Below, in pieces: positions 31,501-47,564 of a stretch of 64,000 bases of DNA; positions within the stretch are counted from its first letter, which is position 1; each line of letters opens with the position of its first letter. Position numbers and translations under genes: made by a program. Source of the DNA: the human T2T-CHM13v2.0 reference genome, Homo sapiens; assembly GCF_009914755.1 (NCBI RefSeq), contig NC_060925.1. One strand, given 5' to 3'. The notes under the pieces were generated by a model. The model had not been told where the DNA came from, did not search any database, and saw only the letters and a list, made by a program, of their open reading frames with translations.

Positions 31501-32512
31501 AATCAGACTAAGGGCTTATTTTGATCATAATCTCCTTTACTCTGAACCCTACCTACCCTGTTTTGGCTAAGTGACAGATTTTGGCCTTCCTCTACCCAGG
31601 CTTACCACCCCCAACCTGTACTGAAGCTCTGTCGTATCATGAGATGAAGTCTGCTTAGTAATAGGTGAAATGGGACTTGTTCCCTTCTTTATATTATAGG
31701 CTGTCTATAACAAAGTCAGGCTCTATATTCTTCATAATTTCATGACTAATAATTTCAACTAAATCCTATCTCATTTCTTTCCATGATACAATAAATTCTT
31801 CACATTTCAATATAAATCTCTTTATCAATACCACAGCCTTTGAATTTGCTTAAGCCACACAACCAATTTCTGTTCTGAGGTACTATGAAAATATTATGTG
31901 GCTTGTTTTATTGTTTAAATGGAACTTTCCTGTGGGCACTGTTGTTGTTGTATGACATTAATTATCTGTCCAGTTCAGTTTTACCCACCATAAACTTTCT
32001 CAAAATGATTGGGACCATGTCTTGTTTTATGAGTGTATTTCTTGATTTCTTTGACATTTCAGTGTCCACTAGGGACTGGTAATAAGCCTTCCAATGTATA
32101 GGTGGTAAAAATTGTTACCTACACAATAAAAATAACTATACTAATTCACGAACTTCTCTATACCTAGAAATGTGAAGCATGTAATAATGTTTAACAAGAA
32201 ATGCCGGCTCTAGTACTATAATGCAGAATAAAAATTAGGCAAGTGATGACTCATACTTCACAGGTATGCCAGCCTCAATCAGGTTTTCAACCCAGTCTTT
32301 ATTAGAAATGACAAGTGATTCTTTCGCATGCCTTAATTTAATCCAAAGAGCAATCAAGGATCTGAGTGTGAAGGTAACAGATTCAATGATGGGAAATACA
32401 ACTACTACTCAATGCTATACTTCGGTAAAATAAACACTGGTATAGCCCAAAGACCCCAATCAGAAGTTAGACTCCATAATTTACCAACTCTGCCTCACTG
32501 TCTTTACCAAAA

Positions 32513-32543
<31 letters not shown>

Positions 32544-33141
32544 CTCAAAAATTCTATTAGTATAATCATCAAGCTTCAAAAACCAAATATAACAAATGTT
32601 ACAAATTATCCATATTTTAGATGCCAAATGCCTGAAGAATTAATAACATCAAAAATGGAATATTCAAAGGGGAGAGGATGCAGGCCCAGCCTCACGCCAA
32701 GCCATCCTCCTAGGAATCCTACAAGTCTATACCACACATGTACCTTCACCCTTTTGTTTTCCTTTTAATCCCACTCCTCCCTCCAGACTTGTTCCTTCAT
32801 CTTTTCCCCAATTCTCTGCTTGAGAATGGCATAAAAGGGCACCACTTAGTAGAATCTAATCATTCTACTTAAAGACTAAAGAAATGAAATGGCTGGACCC
32901 TGCTAAAGAGAAAAGACGGGGAGGGATGGGACACCTTTCCAAAAACCTCTTCAGAGACACACAGAAATTCTACAACCCATCCACTGTAGACTGTCTAAGG
33001 GAAAACTGTTCCCCACAGTTACTGGTGCTGCTTTTAACAGAATACCAATAAAGGTATAAAACACAGAAAATATTCATTTATGGCAGAGATTAAAAACAAA
33101 ATATATGCATTTATATGACTTTATTTTTAAGAAATAAATTG

Positions 33142-33445
<304 letters not shown>

Positions 33446-34153
33446 GCACAGCTACCAACTCCTTGGGGATATTACAACCTAATCTTAATTAAAAAATAAA
33501 TTCACATCACAGGTTTTCCTTCAAAGCCAGGTTAACAATACTACTTCACAGGTTAAATGCCAGTTTTTTTGGTTTTTACCACTGGCCTTAAATGATTGCA
33601 TTAAAACACACCAAAAGGATCTTAGTAATTAAAGATAGATACTAAACAAAATTTCCACTTAAAGTCATGCTAAAGCAGGACAAATTTTTCATGGTTCAAG
33701 GTGTGCAAAAAGCCTTCATTTTAAAGAATGCTTCAATGACCAAATACATTTTCAATGAATCAATGTACCAAATAATAATTAGGTATATTAAAATATCCAC
33801 TTTAATTACAGGAAATTTTGTTAGAAAAGCTAGTATCATGAAGCCACTGTCATAAAAGAAGAAATAATTTATCATTAAAAAAAATCCTGGGCATAAACAA
33901 AAAACCCCGCCCTCCTCTCATATGATGGAATCAATGCTGAAACACGGAAGCTTATAAAATCATTTTACCAACTGTTACAGAAGCACTAAGTATCAGACAC
34001 AGGAAAAGGGGGCTTAAAACCAACATATTTCAACTAGAGATTTAAAAACAAACAAGAATGATTAATTAAGCAATAATCAAGTTCAAAAGTATTTGGTGAA
34101 ATAGTAAGTATAGCTCCTACAAAGGATAATCAAACCCAAGCACAATCTGATGC

Positions 34154-34203
34154 CTGTTAATCCACCTCTCCCTATGAGCTGTTAACCCACCTCTCCCTAT
34201 GAG
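34154..34203. repeat. 25-bp tandem duplication
   Basis: ctgttaa(t/c)ccacctctccctatgag x2, 1 mismatch. Confidence 0.9.
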
Positions 34204-34311
34204 AAGCCTTCCTGTCACCACCATCTTTGCCTCCTGCAATTGCAATAAACAGGAAACACTAATTGGTCACCTCCAGAAGCTAAATACCAGCAATGGGTGG
34301 GAAATCCCTTT

Positions 34312-34654
<343 letters not shown>

Positions 34655-34916
34655 TAATTTGATGCTTCCATAGAGAGGAACTTTTAAACTACACATTTCC
34701 TGATTCAACAGTTTACCTACTACACACAGAAAGGCTTTCCAGGAAGCATTTTATATTTGCTAAATAACGGTAAGTAAAATATTTTAAAGTCATCCAAGTT
34801 TCAATAACAATTATCATTACTTCCTTACTTTGAAAGCTACAACCATATTTCCAAGTATTAAAACAACAAAATACAAATAATCCTAAGAAATCTACAATAA
34901 AGATTTTATCTATTAA

Positions 34917-35106
34917 GGCCGGGCGCGGTGGCTCACGCCTGTAATCCCAGCACTTTAGGAGGCCGAGGTGGGTGGATCGCGAGGTCAGGAGATCTAGACC
35001 ATCCTGGCTAACACGGTGAAACCCTGTCTCTACTAAAAACACACACACAAAAAAACAAAAAAAATCAGCCGGGTGTGGTGGCACGCCCCTGTAGTCCCAG
35101 CTACTC
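34917..35106 (+). mobile_element. 3'-truncated AluY/Sc8-like element
   Basis: Intact 5' end; stops at gtcccagctactc with no rest of right arm and no poly-A. Confidence 0.85.
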
Positions 35107-35419
35107 TACTGTTTAGAATCGTTTTCAACGTCCAAAAATGTGACTGCTTTAGAGATGCCAAATAAGACTAATTTAAATAACCTAAGATTGCTCCAATTAC
35201 CGCTGGTTTTTCAGGTGGTACAATGTATAAACCAAAGAAAAGAAGCTGGTGCATAAAACTCAGCTGGCTGAAGAAGTTAAAAATAAAACTCCACAATGAT
35301 ATGTGGTTTGGGGAAAAACATCAGAGTTCCATTTAGACATGTTAAGTGTTAGGTGCTTACTGGACATGTGAGTGGAGCTATATCTTCTGAGTGGAGATAC
35401 AAGGAAGGCAGCTAAGTAG

Positions 35420-35758
<339 letters not shown>

Positions 35759-35888
35759 TGCATTTAGGTAATTTTTAAAGCCATGCATCCTAGGGAATTA
35801 CGTAGAAATTCAACAAATATTTATCAGACACCTATTATGTGCTGGAGATAGAGCAGTAAACCAAAGAGTCAAAATTCTCTGTCATTCA

Positions 35889-36240
<352 letters not shown>

Positions 36241-37328
36241 GGTGTAGTTTGTGATGAAGACAAGTACTCTAGGGGAAAACAGAGCAGAGTAAGGACAAAG
36301 TAGAGCCGAGACTGAGGGTCAAGGTAGGCCTCTCACTGAGACTCGAAAGCGGGACGGTGAGCTACAGATATTTGGAGAAACATATCCCAGGCAGAAGGAA
36401 CAGTCAGTGCAGAGGCCTTAGTGATCATCACAAGGGCAGTTTCCCTGGAGCAACAACGGATGGATTTAAGAGGAAAGGAGAACTGGAGATCTGGGTACAG
36501 AAAACTCTTGTTGAGAAGTTTTTCTGCAAAGGAAGCAGAGAAATCAGCAATAGCTGGCAGAGTAAGTGGGATCCAAATACGGGAGTTTGTATCTGTTTTA
36601 AGATTGGAGAAAAGCGGCATGTTTGTATGCTGCTGGGAAAGATCCAGCAGAGAATGAAACATCAACATTATGAGAGACAGGAAATTACTATGTGAGAGGG
36701 CACGGGTGGCGCCTCAGAGAGTTCCCTGAACAGCTGGTCTATACACAAGCAGTGGGGAAAGCACAGGATGCCCTGGAAGGTGGCAAGATGTGGTAGGAGT
36801 CTGCAGAAGGGCTCTTAAGACTGTTCTGATTTTCTCATGCAAGTAGGAAGCCCACCATGAGGCCAAGGAGGAAGTATAAAAGGACAATGTATGAAACAGG
36901 CATCTAAGAAACTGCATAAGTGAATGGACTTGCCCAGGAGCCTTAAAGCTCCATTTGACGTTTATTAACCAATTGGGAATTAACACTGAGAAACTCACCA
37001 AATCTGAGACATAAAGGCTGACTCTGACTTTCTACTATAAATAAAAAATTCTCTAACAAACTGCTGAAAATGGTCAGTGTCTAACATATTTGAATATACA
37101 ATACTTGGGGAGAGTCGTAATTTCTCCAAATAATGTGTTGAAAGAGATTACATCCCATTTTCACACCATATTCATAATTGCTTCGTCATACATAACTTGA
37201 AGGGAGTCATCAGTCATTGAAGGATTTAATAACCTTAAGCTGAAGTTAACTCCCTTATGTCAGACCACAGTAAACAAAAGCAGGGTTTTAATGCCTTAAG
37301 CCAATTATATATTGCAAAGTAAAACATC

Positions 37329-37402
37329 TTATATTCTTATTCACAGAAGTACAAATTTAGTTTTAGTTTAGTTATATTCTTATTCACAGAAGTACAAATT
37401 TA
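37329..37402. repeat. 31-bp perfect direct repeat with 12-bp spacer
   Basis: ttatattcttattcacagaagtacaaattta at 37329-37359 and 37372-37402; spacer gttttagtttag. Confidence 0.95.
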
Positions 37403-37635
37403 CACAAAAAGATTATCTAACAGCATTCAATTAATCACCAAGAACTGCCATATAAAAATCTATTTCTAATAATATGGTCCTGGTTGCACAACTCTATGAA
37501 CACAGATGGTCCCCAACTTAAGAGGGTCTAACATACGATTTTTTCAAATTAACAACAGTCCAAAAGTGATACGCATTCAGTGGAAAACATACTCTAGGTA
37601 ACCACACAACTATTCCATTTTTCACTTTCAGTTCA

Positions 37636-38173
<538 letters not shown>

Positions 38174-38444
38174 ACATCTATCTGTCTGTCCATTTGTCCA
38201 TCCATTCATCCACTCATACATATATACCATGAGATATCCAACACTTTCTTATATAATAGGATTTATGTTAGATGATTTTGCCCAACTGTAGGCTAATGCA
38301 AGTGTTCTGAGCATGTGTAACATCGGCTAAGCTAAGCTATGGATTTTGGTAGATTAGGTGAATTAAATTCATTTTCGACATGTATTTTCAACTTAGGATG
38401 GGTTTCCTGGGACACAACTCCATCTTAAGTCAAGGAACAGCTAT

Positions 38445-38530
38445 ATACTGGAAACCATTGATTTGTATACTTTTTAAATGAGTGAGCTATCTCGTATAGG
38501 AATTTTCTCTCAATAAAGCTTTTTTAAAAA
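38445..38530 (+). mobile_element. Old L1 3' terminal fragment
   Basis: aaaccattgatttgtatactttttaaatgagtga...ctcaataaagct. Confidence 0.55.
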
Positions 38531-39549
38531 TCTATTCCAAGCTTTTAATCTAAAGAAATAGTTTTATCAAGTAAAAATTTGATTTTTTTTTTAGTTTCTT
38601 TGTTGAAATTTCAATGGAAAATGGAGCAAATTAAGTATGTTCTGACAGCTTATGAATATAAACTTTGTAGAGACTCAGAATTCTTTCAGAATGAAGGGCA
38701 GAATTAAGGATGGAGTTTTTGGCCTTTGGTTTGGTTGTTTTTCTTCTTTAGTTGACTAAAGTTTATAGTTTCTGGCATTCCTGCTTTATCCCTTTGATGA
38801 AGACATACTCAAATCACTTTGACTAAAATAAACAGCAATTTTCTGGTTGTAGATAGCCACAAATAACTCCTCTATCCTATTACAGACATTCATCAGCAAG
38901 ACTGAGTAACAAACCAATACCTGTATAAAAATGAAAGGATACAATATCACAAGTACTAATTCAGGTAATATCACATTTCTTAGAGTTATGACACTTCAAA
39001 GAAATTTTATACTTCAAATCTAAACAGCAGGCCAAGGAATTCATATTTTTTCCCTGAGACAGGAAAGATAATTCAATAATTTCCCCACTGAAGTTTCAGT
39101 TCCCATGCCAGAATGTGAGAAGTGAGAGAGTTCTTCACCTTGAAAATCAAATCACCACAGGGACTAAAAATAAAGGTTATATTCTTCTAAGCAAAGCGAT
39201 TATAAGACTGACAAATTAAGGTGCCCATCGAAGGAGCAATGGATACAGGAAAAAAAAAAAAAAAACTACTAACAGGCTTAGTTAGCCACTTCCAAAATGT
39301 AAACTGTAAATGTGGGAAACTCAATGAACTGCCCTACACTTGCATCTCATTTTGTGTAACCTGAGAGGCTAACATCTGTTCTGCCTCCTTCAGAAGGCAG
39401 CTGTAAGGATGGAACTAGAGGCCAGTAAAGGCTGTTCAGTAGGTCTAAAGTCTTCTGCCAAGAGAAGTATAATCCTCATTTCGTTCTCAAAAAGCTCAGT
39501 CTCTGTAGTAACATACTGATCATCTTCTGCAGGTATAAAATTTATGCTC

Positions 39550-39932
39550 TGTATTAGTCCGCCATAACAGAATACCACAGACTGGGTGGCTTAAACAGCA
39601 AAAATTTATCGCTTGCAGTTTCGGAGTCTCAGAAGTCCAAGATCAAGGTGCCAGCAGATTCACTTTCTCAATGAGGGCTCTCTTCCTAGCTTGCAAATGG
39701 CCACCTTCTGGGGCTGTGTCCTTACATGTCAGAGTGAGCACTGGTCATCTCTGGTCTCTCTTCCTCTTCTTATAAGGACACTAATCACATCATGAGGAGC
39801 CCCACCCTCAGGATCTCATCTAAACCTAACTGCCTTCCAAAGGCTCCACCTCCAAATACTATAGCACTTGGGGAACGGAAAGCTAAGGCTTGAACATAGG
39901 AATTTTGAGGCAATACAATTCAGTCCACGGCA
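39550..39932 (-). mobile_element. MLT1A-type MaLR LTR
   Basis: tgtattagt...taccacagactgggtggcttaaac...aagtccaagatcaaggtgccagcag...cttataaggacactaatc...attcagtccacggca. Confidence 0.85.
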
Positions 39933-40299
39933 CTCGCCTACACAATTTCTTTACTGATTGTCTCTAGGCAGAAATTAAATCTTTGTATCGAGAGAGAAAG
40001 ATAGTTTTAAAGGATGGCTTTAAAGGGGGCTGAAGGTAGCTTACTGAGATTTAGACAATGTAAAATAAAATTTAAGAACAGATGAGGGTATTTGGTGGAG
40101 AATAATAGCTAAGAAGTATTAAGTATTTACCTTTGTGGATAGTTTCCTTAGGTCACACACCTAGTTTCACGGGTCACACAGGCTACAAAGCCTTTACTTT
40201 TAATTATACAATATTTGCTTCTCTTTTCCTTGGAACAAAGGAAAAAATAGAAGAGGAGGAGAATCTAAAAGATGAAACCATGAATGAGCTGCTACATAA

Positions 40300-40671
<372 letters not shown>

Positions 40672-41698
40672 GGCCAAAATTTTATAAGCAAATGGCTCAA
40701 AGGAAACTTGATGAGTTACAGGATTCTAAATCTGTAAGTTAGAAAACAAACCACATGCTCAGAAGGTCTGGTTTTTTTTGGTACTAAGAGCTAAGAAAAG
40801 TTTATCTCTATGTCCTCATAAAGAAAGCAGTTTAATACGGTCAACAGCAGCCTTGGGAACCCCTTTATAAACCATTCAGTACACACAAACACTGTTCCAC
40901 AAGTGTTCGCACAAGTCAATGGCCTCAAATCAATATAAGTAAAGCAAACCTGCCAAAAATAAGAAATGCAAAGCCTTCCTAGTCATTCAAACATAGATCT
41001 AGGGCTCACCAGAATAGGAGTTCTTAATGAGAGGGTTCATGGATAGGCTTCAAAGGCTACATAAACCATCTGCAATTTATGTACTCAAACAGTCACAAAT
41101 TATGTTCTGGGAGAAAGATCATATATTACACCAATACTCAAAGAAGTCCCTGATAAAAATAAAGTTAAGGACCTGTAACAAGAATTAATGAACTACATAA
41201 CCATCAGGAGAGCCTATCCAAATCATCTTAACAACCAAGGCACTGGGTACTTATATGCCACAATTAGGCTGATGTTAAATTCCAACAAGTAGCTAGTACT
41301 GGATAAATGCAGAGTCAAACGCTCTAACTTAGCTTACCCTGGAAGTAGTTCTAACCTCCTCTAAGAAGTGCACAGTACCTGTTGCATAGTAAGCCCCTGA
41401 ATATGCACTGCTGCAATTATTACTGGATATATTACAAGCTCCAAGGACAGGACCAAATCTTCTGCATTTCTGAGTTCCTTGATCATTAAAATAAATGGTC
41501 CTCAATAAAGAAAGAAAATAATACAAACATTTAACTCTACATAGATCTAGCAAATAAGGACCTTAGCAGAATGGGTTTATTTCTAAAAACTGAAAAGCAT
41601 CCCTTTGTTTTATAAAATGAAATGTTTTGGAAAACGAAGAACACAGGGAAACTGAGGGGAAATAACACTTACATGGAACCACTAACAAATTCATACTA

Positions 41699-42278
41699 CG
41701 GTCATCCCTCGGTATCCAAGGGGAACTGGTTCCAGAACCTCCACAGATACCAATATCCAGACACTCGTATATAAAACGGTATAGTATCTGCATATAACCT
41801 ACTCACATTCTCCCATATACTTTTTTTTTTTTCTTTTTTTTTGAGATGGAGTCTCACTGTGTCACCCAGGCTGGAGTGCAGTGGTGTGATCTCAGCTCAC
41901 TGCAACTTCTGCCTCCCATTTCAAGCGATTCTTCCGCCCCAGACTCCCGAGTAGCTGCGACTAGAGGCGCCTACCACCACATCTGGCTAATATTTTTGTA
42001 TTTTTAGTAGAGACAGGGTTTCACTATAATGGCCAGGCTGGTCTCTAACTCCTGATCTCAAGTGATCTGCCCGTCTAGGCCTCCCAAAGTGCTGGGATTA
42101 CAGGCATGAGCCACCGTATTCGGCCCGGTATACTTTAAAAAGAATCTCTAGATTACGTATAATACCTAATATAATATAAACGCTATATTTTTTAATTTGT
42201 GCTTTTTTCTAAACATTTTTGCCCCACAGTTGATTAAATCCGTGGACACAGAAGCCAAGAATACAAAGGGCTTAGTGT
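41699..42278 (+). mobile_element. MER2 (TcMar-Tigger) split by an Alu
   Basis: cggtcatccctcggtatcc...tgcatataacctac...[Alu]...tctctagattac...ttgattaaatccgtgga; TA flanks. Confidence 0.85.
41821..42126 (-). mobile_element. AluSx-like inside MER2
   Basis: Antisense dimer; TSD tatacttt. Confidence 0.9.
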
Positions 42279-42534
42279 AGCATATTTTACATGAACCCTA
42301 ACCTATCACTCTACCAGAATTATGCCCATTTAAAAATCTAATTAGATTGTATTATTCCTTTTTACATCTAAAGTTTATGCTTTCCGCTTACAAGACAGAG
42401 TATGAGGCACATGTAATGCATAAGATTTATGGTCCTCGTTTCTCCTGCTCCATGACAAATAGTAGAGAAAAATAAAAACTGTAACAGAGCTGGCATCGGA
42501 AATGAGCAGTTATATGAAAAAAAAAATTTAATAA

Positions 42535-43390
42535 CTAAGAAGGGCTAAAATCCACTACACTGACAACACCAAATGGTAGCAAGTATGTGGAGCAACAGAA
42601 ACTCTCATTCATTGCTTGTGGGAATGCAAAATGCTAGAGACACCTCGCAAGACAGCATGGCCGTTTCTTACAAAACTAAACATACTCTTACCATGGGACA
42701 CAGAAATCACACACCTTCATATTTACTCAAAGGAGCTGAAAACTTATCTCACCACAAAAAACTGCACACAGATGCTTAAAGCAGCTTTATTCATCATTGC
42801 CAAAACCTGGAAGCAATCCAGATGTCCTTCGGTAGGTAAGCAGATAAATAAACTTCAGCACAGCTACATGATGGAATATTATCAGTGATAAAAAGTAGTG
42901 AGCTATCATGCTCACAGAGACATGGAGAAACCTTAAGTACATTTTGCTAAGAGAAATAAACCAATCTGAAAAGACTACATACTGTATGAGTCCAGTTATA
43001 TGACATCTGGAAAGCAAACCTATGGAGATATTAAAAAAGATCAGTGGTGGCCAGGGGCTTGGGGGCAGAGAGGGAGGGATGAATAGGGAGAACATAGGGC
43101 ATGTTTAGAGCAGTAAAGACTCTTCTATATGATATTGTAATGGTAGATGCATGTTATGAAACATTTCAAAACCCATGGAATGTATAACACCAAGAGTGAA
43201 CCTTAACATACACTATAGACTTTAGTTATAAATAATGTATCAATATTGGCTCATCAACAATAACAATGTACCAAACTAATTCAAGATGTTAATAGGGGAA
43301 ACTGGGAGTTAGGGGGGATGCGGGAACTCTGTACTTTCTACTCAATTTATCTGCAAACCCAAAACCATTCTAAAAACTAGTCTACTGATT
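42535..43390 (+). mobile_element. L1MC-type 3' region
   Basis: gtggagcaacagaaactctcattcattgct...gaatgtataacaccaagagtgaacc...gggaactctgtactttct. Confidence 0.85.
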
Positions 43391-43956
43391 TAATGTTTTA
43401 AAATTTTTTAATGTTTTAATCTACCATATAAAATAAAATGCTACTTATCTAAATGCTTAAATGTTAGGCCTGTTAGCAAAACTGAACAACACCAATTTTC
43501 TTTCCCAAAAAAAAAAAAAAAAAAAGGCCAGATTGCTTTAATCCTTACATTTTCCGCACTTTTAGTTCTCCTTTTCCATTCAAAGAGCCAGGAAGTGCTA
43601 GCCAGAGCAATCAGGCAACAGAAAGAAATAAAAGGCATCCAAACAGGAAAAGAAGAAGTCAAGCTACTGCTCTTTGCTGGCAATATGATTCTATACCTAG
43701 AAAACCCTGAAGACGCCATCAAAAGACTCCTGGTACAATAAACAACTTCAGTAAAAGTTTCAGGATACAAAGTCAATGTACAAAACTCAGCAGTATGTCT
43801 ATACACCAATAATGTTGAAGCTGAGAGCCAATCCAGAATGCAATCCTATTTATAATAGCCATAAAGAAAGAAAATAACTAGGAATACACCTAACCAAGGA
43901 GGGGGAAAATCTCTGCAAAGAGAACTAAAACACACTGCTAGAAGAAATGACAGGTG

Positions 43957-44246
<290 letters not shown>

Positions 44247-44451
44247 GAAATGACAGATGACACAAATGGAAAAACATTTGATGCTCATAGATTGGAAGAA
44301 TCATTAAAATGACCACACTTTCCTAAGCAATCTACAGATTTAATGCTATTCCTATCAAACTACTAATGTCATTTTTCACAGAATTAAACAAAGTAATTCT
44401 AAAATTCATATGAAACCAAAAAAAGTACCCAAAGAGCCAAAGAAATCCTAA

Positions 44452-44467
44452 GGGGGGGGGGGGGGGG
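44452..44467 (+). repeat. G16 homopolymer
   Basis: 16 consecutive G inside the L1. Confidence 0.95.
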
Positions 44468-44912
44468 AATGCTGGCAGCATCACATTATCCAACTTCAAG
44501 CTATACTATAAGGCTACGGTAATCAAAACAGGAGGGTACAGGTACAAAAACAGACACATAGACCAATGAAACAGAATAGAGAACCTACAAATAAAGTCAT
44601 AAACCTACAGCCATCTGATCTTTGACAATGCTGACAAAAACAAGCAATGGGTAAAGGACTGCCTATTCAAAAAATGGTGCTGGGATAGCTAGCTAGCCAT
44701 ATGCAGAACTGGACCGCTACCTTTTCCCATATATAAACATCAACTCAAGGTGGATTAAATATTTAAATGCAAGACCACAAACTGTAAAAATCCCAGAAGA
44801 AAACCTAAAAAACACCATTCCGACCCTTGGCTTTAGGAAATAATTTATGACTAAGTCCTCAAAAGCAACTGCAACAAAAACAAAAATTGACAACTGGGAC
44901 CTAATTAAACTA

Positions 44913-45253
<341 letters not shown>

Positions 45254-45812
45254 CTGTCAACAAAGTAAACAGACAACCTACAAAATAGCAGAAAATATTT
45301 AAATATCATGCATCTGACAAAGGTCTAATACCCAGAATCTATAAGGAACTTTAACAATACAACAAGCAGAAAACAAATAACCCCATTACAAACTAAGCAA
45401 AAGGCATTAACAGACATTCCTCAAAAGAAGACATACAAGTGGCCAACAAATATGATAAAATGTTTAACATCATTCATCATCAGAGAGATGCAAATCAAAA
45501 CCACAATGAAATATCGTCTCACGCCAGTCAGAATGGCTATTATTAAAAAGCCAAAAAACAACAGACACTGGTGAGGCTGTGGATAAAAGGGAACAGTTAT
45601 ACACTGTTGGTGGGAACATAAATTGGTTCAGCCACTGTGGAAAGCAGTTTGGAGATTTCCCATTACCAGGTATACATGCAAAAGAAATTAAATCGTTCTA
45701 CCAAAAATACACATGCACTCGTATGTTCATCACAGCGCTATACACAATACCAAAGACATGGAATCAACCTAGGAACCCACCAATGATGGACTGATAAAGA
45801 AAATGTGGTACA

Positions 45813-46109
<297 letters not shown>

Positions 46110-46413
46110 GGCTGGGCGCGGTGGTTCACGCCTGTAATCCCAGCACTTTGGGAGGCTGAGGCGAGTGGATTACCTGAGGTCAGGAGTTCGAGACCAGCCT
46201 GGCCAACACGGTGAAACCCCATCTCTACTAAAAATACAAAAATTAGCAGGGCATGGTGGCAGGCGCCTGTAGTCCCAGCTACTCAGGAGGCTGAGGCAGG
46301 AGTATAGCTTGAACCCAGGAGGCAGAGATTATAGAGAGCTGAGATTGCGCCACTGCACTCCAGCCTCGGCAACAGAGCAAGACTCCATCTCAAAAATAAA
46401 AAATAAAATAAAA
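46110..46413 (+). mobile_element. AluSx-like (tandem with previous)
   Basis: Full dimer. Confidence 0.9.
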
Positions 46414-46812
46414 ACAGTTGAAATTATCAAAAAAAAAAAGTAAATAAAATGTAATGGAGGTACTAGTGAAAAAAATAATAAGATCCAAACTCAAATTGCT
46501 CCTGCACCCAACACACTTAAGAGTAAATACTGTTAAGAGTCCTTTCCATGAACATCTAACATATTGAGAAAGGTGAATATTTCATTACTGAACATTTACT
46601 CTAACCTATGTTAAGAATTATGATCTGTGGAAAGAGCACAGGCTAAGGAAGCTGCCTAGGTAAATAGCCAAAAAACATACACATAAGATGAAAACTTGTC
46701 TGCGTCATTTTCCTACCACTCAAAAAAGAAGGTAACAGTAAGAAATAAACAGCAAAAACAAAAAGAAAAAATTGTTCAAATGTTCAATCTAGATATAGGT
46801 TTTTCTGTATAA

Positions 46813-47170
<358 letters not shown>

Positions 47171-47498
47171 ACCACACACAACTTTCTAAAGTTCCTGGAT
47201 AATGTTCTAAACTCTTTTTCTATGTTTTACATGTAACTTATGCAAGCCATTCACTTTACTAAGCAAATGAACAGTAGTGTCTGTGGCCAAAAATAATAAG
47301 ACTTAAAATTTTGAGTCCTTCCAAAAGAACTTGTATTAAATCTTTGGAATAGAAAAAAAAAGTTCATATTAGGGAGTAGATCTGGGTATTGAAAGGCCTG
47401 TCTTTTTTTGTTGGTAATGCCAAAGAATGTCATCACACAAGACTCACCTTATAATATTATTTATGTATAAGTTATCAATTACATATATTTAACATTTT

Positions 47499-47564
47499 AA
47501 GTGAAAGCAAGTTTATTAAGAAAGCAAAGGAATAAAGAACGGCTATTCCTTAGGCAGAGTAGCC
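47499..47564 (-). mobile_element. 66-bp ERV-LTR-like (PABL/MER4-group-like) fragment with 15-bp TSD
   Basis: - strand GGCTACTCTGCCTAAGGAATAGCC...TTCTTAATAAACTTGCTTTCACTT; flanked by tatatttaacatttt at 47484-47498 and 47565-47579. Confidence 0.7.
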
